Part shown: piece by piece, positions 58,959-64,000 of the stretch
How positions within the stretch are numbered: the stretch's first letter is position 1
Layout of the letters: each line of letters opens with the position of its first letter
Source: Patescibacteria group bacterium
GTDB taxonomy: Bacteria > Patescibacteriota > Minisyncoccia > Phycocordibacterales > SIBU01
Reading direction: 5' to 3'
DNA: 64,000 nucleotides
Assembly: GCA_040390045.1 (NCBI GenBank)
Contig: JAZJZC010000005.1
Span: forward strand, 3,360 to 67,359
The notes under the pieces: generated by a model
Databases searched by the model: none
Told to the model about the DNA's origin: nothing
The model's input: only the letters and a program-made list of their open reading frames with translations
Program-made: the position numbers and the translations under genes

Positions 58959-59312
58959 ATGAGCAACGTGACGTTTATAAATCTGACCGGAAAGATTGTG
59001 CGGATTCTGAACGGTGTCGACCGGATCACTGTCATTCGGGAGATTCCAAGAACTTTGAGCGGGCCTCTGGAGGTTTCGGAAACGGCGCAAAGGAAGATGG
59101 TGTTTGGTCGCATTCCGGTATTGCGGCCGGCTGAAAAGCGTATCACCAACCTTCCGCACGCTGAACTCGAAAAGGGTTACTACTTTGTAGTCCCTCGCGC
59201 CTTGAAAGCCTTTGTGCCACCGGCACGCGTTGATGTTTTGTGCCCGGGAGTTGATAGTTGTTTTCTCGAGGACGACACAGTGATCACCTGCTCCTTTTTG
59301 GAGGGTGTATAA
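58959..59312 (+). CDS. hypothetical protein (preferred over the overlapping minus-strand ORF)
   Basis: Protein-like composition. The opposite-strand ORF is low complexity. Confidence 0.3.
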   Translation: MSNVTFINLTGKIVRILNGVDRITVIREIPRTLSGPLEVSETAQRKMVFGRIPVLRPAEKRITNLPHAELEKGYYFVVPRALKAFVPPARVDVLCPGVDSCFLEDDTVITCSFLEGV

Positions 59313-59374
59313 AATCCCGCGCATCTCGCGACTAAATGTGTAAACTTTCTGGAATAGCCAGGAAGTTTTTTTAT

Positions 59375-61393
59375 TTACACTCCCAAGAGTACCGGAATCA
59401 CAATCGGTCGTTTTGCTGTTTTTTGGAATAGGAATCGGCCGACGTTATCGGTCAAAACATTTTTAACATATTCGAAGTTGATTGGATTCATGCCGGCTGT
59501 TGTGTCTTCGATAGTTTTCTTGATGATGATGCGTGTTTGGTGCAACAGATCCTGCGATTCACGAAGGTATACGAAACCGCGAGAAATAATATCAGGACTT
59601 TTTTTCAATTTTCCGTTTGTAGTGTTGACGCTCGCAATGATGACGAACATGCCGTCTTGCGCCAACATTTGTCGGTCGCGAATAACCACTTCCTGAATAT
59701 CTCCAACAGAGAAACCGTCAACCATGACAATTCCCGATGGGGCTTTTTCTTTGAGCCGAACCAGTTTCATTTCTCCGAGTCCCTTCGAGGAGTCGGCACC
59801 ATTTTGAATTTCAAACACGGTGCCGTTGTCAGGTACGCCAACGCTTTCTGCGGCCATGCCGAGAGATTTAGCGAGTTCTTCATGCACGCGAAGCATGTAG
59901 TGATTGCCGTGAATGGGCATGAAGAATTTTGGTTTGATGTGCTTGTGCAACCATTCGAGTTCACCGCGATTGCCGTGGCCAGTCGAGTGAATATAGACAT
60001 CCGAAGATCGGTAGTGAATGATTTTCGCGCCTTGTCGAGCGAGGTTGTCTTTCAATTTTTGAACGGCCTTTTCGTTGCCGGGAATAATTGATGATGAAAG
60101 CAAGACAGAGTCTCGCGGCGTAATTTTAAAGTATTTGTGAGATTTGTTTGACATGCGCATGAGTGATGCGAATTCATCTCCTTGAGCTCCAGTGACGAGC
60201 GCGATCAAACGATCAGGTGGATAGCTATCCATTTCCTCTGGCGTAATGAGCGTATCTTTTTTTACTTTCAAGATGCCCATGTTTTTAACAATCTCAATGT
60301 TGTTTTTCATGCCACGGCCGTCGACGACAACTTTTTTGCCGTATTTTTCAGCCGATGAAATGATGTTCATCATACGTTCGAGTTGAGAAGCAAACGTCCC
60401 GATGATCAAACGATTTTTGGTGTTCTTGATAATTTCGTCGAGATTTTTGTGCACCAAACGTTCCGGTGTTGAGAAGCCTGGGTTGTCGATGTTGGTTGAG
60501 TCCATCATAAGAAACAGCACATTGGAATCTTTGAAACGCGCGTATTCTTTTTCTTCGGCCTCAGTGGGAACGCCGTCAACATGATCGAGTTTGATGTCTC
60601 CTGGGTTTACGATATCTCCGTACGGAGTTTCGATAATAATTCCCATTGAGTCTGGAATGGTGTGGGTTACCGAAAAGAATTTTACTTTCAGGTTTCCAAT
60701 TTTGAGTGTGTCCTCTTTCTCCACGATTTTTAGATCAAGTGGAGCAAGATGAGGAAATTCTTCCTGTCGCTTTTTAACCATCATGCCTGTGAGTGCTCTC
60801 GTATAGATCGGCGGATTGCCGATTCTGTCCATGATGTAGGGAATACCACCGATGTGATCGAGGTGGCCGTGAGTGATGATGAGTGCGCGGATTTTATCCT
60901 TGCGTTCTTCGAGATATTTAGTGTTTGGCAAAATATAATCGATGCCTGGCGTGTCTTCTTCTTTAAATTGGAAACCAGCGTCAATGACAATAATGTCGTT
61001 GCCGAATTCCACCATAGTCATGTTTTGACCGATCTGTTCCACTCCTCCAAGCGGAATAATGCGAATACTGTCTGCCGCCAGTGGGGGAATAACACTTTCG
61101 ATTTTTTTAGCACCCATGGCGCTACCGCCTGCATGAGCTGGGCGAGAACCGCGTCCGTGACGAGGTCGGTCCATTTTTTTGCCACCAAAGCCTCGCAACG
61201 TCTTCGAGTCTCCATGATTTGAGTGAGCGGCGTGAGTAGCGTGTGGCGCATGTGTGGTAGCAGCCGCGTGAGTTACAGAAGCCACTTTTGTGTGGCTGTG
61301 ATGTGCACTGTTGCCCAAATCAGAAGTTCTCTGAAATGCTGGAGCTGCTGCTCGAGCCCTAGGGGCGGGTTTTTGAATTTTGTCTTTGTCCAT
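59375..61393 (-). CDS. rnj: ribonuclease J (metallo-beta-lactamase plus beta-CASP) with a His-rich N-terminal extension
   Basis: ITHGHLDHIG motif, a beta-CASP region and a C-terminal domain. The N-terminal 90 aa is His/Ala-rich and low complexity. Confidence 0.9.
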   Translation of the reverse strand: MDKDKIQKPAPRARAAAPAFQRTSDLGNSAHHSHTKVASVTHAAATTHAPHATHAAHSNHGDSKTLRGFGGKKMDRPRHGRGSRPAHAGGSAMGAKKIESVIPPLAADSIRIIPLGGVEQIGQNMTMVEFGNDIIVIDAGFQFKEEDTPGIDYILPNTKYLEERKDKIRALIITHGHLDHIGGIPYIMDRIGNPPIYTRALTGMMVKKRQEEFPHLAPLDLKIVEKEDTLKIGNLKVKFFSVTHTIPDSMGIIIETPYGDIVNPGDIKLDHVDGVPTEAEEKEYARFKDSNVLFLMMDSTNIDNPGFSTPERLVHKNLDEIIKNTKNRLIIGTFASQLERMMNIISSAEKYGKKVVVDGRGMKNNIEIVKNMGILKVKKDTLITPEEMDSYPPDRLIALVTGAQGDEFASLMRMSNKSHKYFKITPRDSVLLSSSIIPGNEKAVQKLKDNLARQGAKIIHYRSSDVYIHSTGHGNRGELEWLHKHIKPKFFMPIHGNHYMLRVHEELAKSLGMAAESVGVPDNGTVFEIQNGADSSKGLGEMKLVRLKEKAPSGIVMVDGFSVGDIQEVVIRDRQMLAQDGMFVIIASVNTTNGKLKKSPDIISRGFVYLRESQDLLHQTRIIIKKTIEDTTAGMNPINFEYVKNVLTDNVGRFLFQKTAKRPIVIPVLLGV

Positions 61394-61394
61394 A

Positions 61395-61510
61395 ATTAGT
61401 TAAACATACCAATCTACTAATGAATACGAATCTGCGAATAACTACTAATGTTACGCTCGCGGTTTATTCGCAGTTATTAGTAGTATTAGTATAATTCGTA
61501 TATTAGTATT
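61395..61510. repeat. TACTAAT/TACGAAT heptamer dyad element, copy B (inverted copy of 56477-56585)
   Basis: See copy A. It lies immediately upstream of the rnj start. Confidence 0.6.
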
Positions 61511-61520
61511 AATTATTAAT

Positions 61521-63296
61521 TTATTGTTTCTTAGCAAATATTTTCCACACGCTCTCTGTCTCAACGTACCACTTTTCGACATTCATAAAACGTTCTGCTG
61601 GCGTGGTGATAAGTCCCATGCTGAAACCTTGCAAAGTTTTCGGCACAACGTAGAGAAAGTCTGGTGAGTAGATAAATATAGCAGGTACACTCTCGACAAT
61701 CTCTTTTTCTAACTCACCGTATTTTTCGAGACGAATTTCTCGGTCAGCAATCGTTCGAGTGTCTTCAAGTAATTTGTCAGCCTGAGCGTTTGTGTAGAGT
61801 GCGACGTTGAGTCCTGGGTCATTTCTTTGCGATGAATGCCAAAAGGCAAACAAATCAAGATCGCGGCCGATGATTTCACCGAAGAGTAAGCTGTCATACT
61901 TTCTTGGTCGGATGACATTTTGGTTGAGCTCTCCGATATCAAAAATTTTCACTTCGATCTGCGCACCCAAACTTTCTCCCATGTCTTTTATCATGAGCGC
62001 TACAGCTTTTAGCTCTGGCGCATCTGAGGTGCTAATTGAAAAGGCGAGAGGTGTTACTACCTTTTTAACCGTTTTTTCGTAGACATTTTTCTCCTCGTTA
62101 AATTTCCAGCCAGCTTTCTCAAGAATATTTTTTGCTGCTGCAATTCTTTCCACATTACTTTTATAAATGACAGCGAGAGGAGCGCTGGCAGAACTACTTT
62201 TTTGAATGAGTCCCGGCGGAATCGGGCTATCGATGGCAATACCTTCTCCTAACAAAACATTTTCGACAATCGATTCTTTGTTGATAACGGTATTTAAAGC
62301 ATCGCGTACCTCTTTGTTGGCGAGAACTGGCGCTTGGTTCTGATTGAAAAATAAAGCGAAAATTCTTGGGAGAGGAGTTCGTTCTATTTGAGCGTCGCTA
62401 TCCTGTATCACCGTCACTTGTTGTGGTGAAATGCCCGCAACACTTTCAATGCTTTTATTATTTAATGCATTTAAAACGTTGTTGCTATTTTGATAAAAAT
62501 GTAAAATTAAATTTTTAATTAACGGCTCGCCGAAGACATATTTATTGAAAGATTCCAGGTTGTATGACAACGGGATGCCGGCCGAATTTTTGCTGATACT
62601 TTTTATTGTATACGGGCCAGATCCGATAGGCTCGGTATTAAATTTACTAAATTGAAATTCCTCACCGGTGATGTCGTTCCAAATGTGTTTCGGCAAAATT
62701 CCCAAAGTGGTATTTTCTAGAAATGGCGAGTACGGTTGTTTCAAGGTCAATTTCACCTGATAGTCATTTACTTTTTCAACTTGAACTCCTTCCCAATTTG
62801 CTCGTTTAGGACTTTTTAATGTTGGGTCCTGAGCTTTCCCAATGGTGAAAACTACATCATCAGCGGTGATTGGCGATCCGTCGTGGAATGTCAAACCTTT
62901 TTTTAGGACGAAGGTGTAGGTTAATCCGTCTTCTGATATTGAATAACTTTCGGCGAGATTTGGCACCAGGGTTCCGTTATCAATTGGTTTCAAAAGTCCT
63001 GAGTAAGTCAGCGCGGTAAGATCTCGATCGGCGTCAGAAATGGCGAGGATTGGATTGATAAAACGTGGCAAGCCGATCACCCCTTCTGAGAGTGTACCTC
63101 CGCGGGCAGGGACAATCACCATGAAGGCACCATTAATTTGCCAGAGCAAACTGAGGGTGCTCACACTTAACGCGACCGCGAAAAAGTAAAAAATTACTTT
63201 TTCGGTCAACGAAAAACGGCTCACCGTGTTTTCAATCGACTGGGCTTTTGGAATATTAAAACGTTTGACGAAGATATTTTTGAATAGGTCTTTCAC
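61521..63296 (-). CDS. ABC transporter family-5 substrate-binding protein (peptide/nickel type) with an N-terminal TM anchor
   Basis: SBP_bac_5-like segments (LTFHDGSPITADDVVFT) and 591 aa. Confidence 0.8.
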   Translation of the reverse strand: MKDLFKNIFVKRFNIPKAQSIENTVSRFSLTEKVIFYFFAVALSVSTLSLLWQINGAFMVIVPARGGTLSEGVIGLPRFINPILAISDADRDLTALTYSGLLKPIDNGTLVPNLAESYSISEDGLTYTFVLKKGLTFHDGSPITADDVVFTIGKAQDPTLKSPKRANWEGVQVEKVNDYQVKLTLKQPYSPFLENTTLGILPKHIWNDITGEEFQFSKFNTEPIGSGPYTIKSISKNSAGIPLSYNLESFNKYVFGEPLIKNLILHFYQNSNNVLNALNNKSIESVAGISPQQVTVIQDSDAQIERTPLPRIFALFFNQNQAPVLANKEVRDALNTVINKESIVENVLLGEGIAIDSPIPPGLIQKSSSASAPLAVIYKSNVERIAAAKNILEKAGWKFNEEKNVYEKTVKKVVTPLAFSISTSDAPELKAVALMIKDMGESLGAQIEVKIFDIGELNQNVIRPRKYDSLLFGEIIGRDLDLFAFWHSSQRNDPGLNVALYTNAQADKLLEDTRTIADREIRLEKYGELEKEIVESVPAIFIYSPDFLYVVPKTLQGFSMGLITTPAERFMNVEKWYVETESVWKIFAKKQ

Positions 63297-63422
63297 AAAG
63301 AGGTCGATACGAAAATACGAAATTTATTTACGAAAATACGAAATCATACGAAAATTATAGTGATGCCAGAAAGTTTTCGTAAGCGTTCGTATTTTCGTAC
63401 CCCTTTCGTATGTTCGTACTAT
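63297..63422. repeat. dyad-symmetric TACGAAA/TTTCGTA heptamer element
   Basis: Four TACGAAA units, then the inverted units. It shares ATACGAAAATACGAA with the 39571 element. Confidence 0.5.
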
Positions 63423-63424
63423 AG

Positions 63425-63655
63425 TTATTTAATGATAAGTGCTAAAAATGCCGAAACGGCAAAAAGGATTGCCAAGATAATGGTGACGTTAAAAATAAAT
63501 TTTTCTGAGCCTCGTCGGGTATGATGTCCTGAACTGAAGTTGTCCCCAAGTCCACCTCCAAGTCCTGATGCAGTGCGCTGAAGGAGTACACCAACGGTGA
63601 GGAGCACCGCCAAAACAACCTGAATATAAGGTAAGAAACTAGAAATTAACGTCAT
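63425..63655 (-). CDS. secG: preprotein translocase subunit SecG (the track ORF is over-extended upstream)
   Basis: MTLISSFLPYIQVVLAVLLTVGVLLQ...LGGGLGDNFSSG...IILAILFAVSAFLALI, about 76 aa. Confidence 0.7.
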   Translation of the reverse strand: MTLISSFLPYIQVVLAVLLTVGVLLQRTASGLGGGLGDNFSSGHHTRRGSEKFIFNVTIILAILFAVSAFLALIIK

Positions 63656-63780
63656 TCGGGACAGAATAGCATACCAAGTTGAGAAACGCAACCTGGTAGA
63701 ATCAAGACCTATCTGCCGGTAGGCAGGTTCAAGAATAAGACCGAGATAAAAAAAGAAAAACCCGCGGCTAAGGGTTAGAC

Positions 63781-63978
63781 CTATGTCGCGGGGGTATACA
63801 CACTTTGTGGTTTTGCTTCTTCCCGTTCGGCCCATTTTTTCGTGAGGGTCTTTCCGAGCGGTGAGTCGACCTCCTCCCTCATGTGGGCGCAGGTTACAAT
63901 ATACCGGGCTTCTTCGGCGGTCATTCGTTTCTGCGCAATAGCCTCCCACTCAGGTGGCAAATTTTTTGCTGCCTCCAT
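63781..63978 (-). CDS. hypothetical small protein
   Basis: 65-aa ORF with no motif. Confidence 0.2.
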   Translation of the reverse strand: MEAAKNLPPEWEAIAQKRMTAEEARYIVTCAHMREEVDSPLGKTLTKKWAEREEAKPQSVYTPAT

Positions 63979-64000
63979 ACATTCGGCAATCTCTTCGTCA

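Noticed and set aside
58776-59324. 182-aa minus-strand ORF overlapping the 58959-59312 plus-strand ORF.
   Set aside because: Low-complexity, Arg/Ser/Cys-rich translation. The plus-strand frame has a more protein-like composition. Neither is confidently assigned.
63700-63790. GC-rich palindromes CTGCCGGTAGGCAGG and CCCGCGG...CGCGGG upstream of secG.
   Set aside because: These are most simply terminator or attenuator hairpins. They resemble the CTGCCGGCAGG hairpins elsewhere in the window but are too short to call a repeat family.

Overview
This 64-kb window comes from a low-to-moderate-GC bacterial genome. It is gene-dense, uses TTG/GTG starts often, and has many strong GC-rich rho-independent terminators, which resembles a Patescibacteria (CPR)-like or other streamlined organism. 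That origin is inference only. Recognisable genes include a 5'-truncated DEAD-box helicase, msrA-msrB, an M23 peptidase, a HIT protein, a complete livKHMGF branched-chain amino-acid ABC operon, SAH hydrolase plus a PfkB kinase, zwf and gnd, and a riboflavin kinase. There is also an unusual 789-aa tandem-fused double D-Ala-D-Ala-ligase-like protein, a CYTH protein, an ArsR plus LUD-domain pair, aminopeptidase N and a membrane-anchored TsaC/YrdC. A minus-strand F1Fo ATP synthase operon (atpI-like, then B-E-F-H-A, an inserted 224-aa unknown ORF, then G-D-C) is followed by RsuA/RluB pseudouridine synthase, DedA, a SAM methyltransferase, a YgjP-like metallohydrolase, an MFS transporter, RNase J, a family-5 substrate-binding protein and secG. 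The most interesting content is an apparent split, rifampin-phosphotransferase/PEP-synthase-like phosphotransfer system. It consists of one standalone ATP-grasp (PPDK_N) nucleotide-binding protein and four paralogous proteins, each a variable N-terminal domain fused to a C-terminal phosphohistidine swivel domain, interleaved with two histidine-phosphatase-superfamily genes. Compositionally distinct high-GC gene blocks carry de novo nucleotide biosynthesis enzymes (pyrC-pyrD, pyrE-pyrF, purN-like, purM-like) and a MOSC protein, and look horizontally acquired. Several repeat families were seen: a perfect 18-bp palindromic core (ACTTTAGTTAACTAAAGT) at three intergenic sites; two long perfect palindromes; promoter-proximal TACGAAA/TACTAAT heptamer dyad elements, including a roughly 100-bp inverted pair flanking a 4.8-kb module; and short 7-8-bp tandem repeats just after stop codons. 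No rRNA, tRNA or CRISPR array was recognised. All calls rest on reading the sequence and the ORF translations. No database searches were run.
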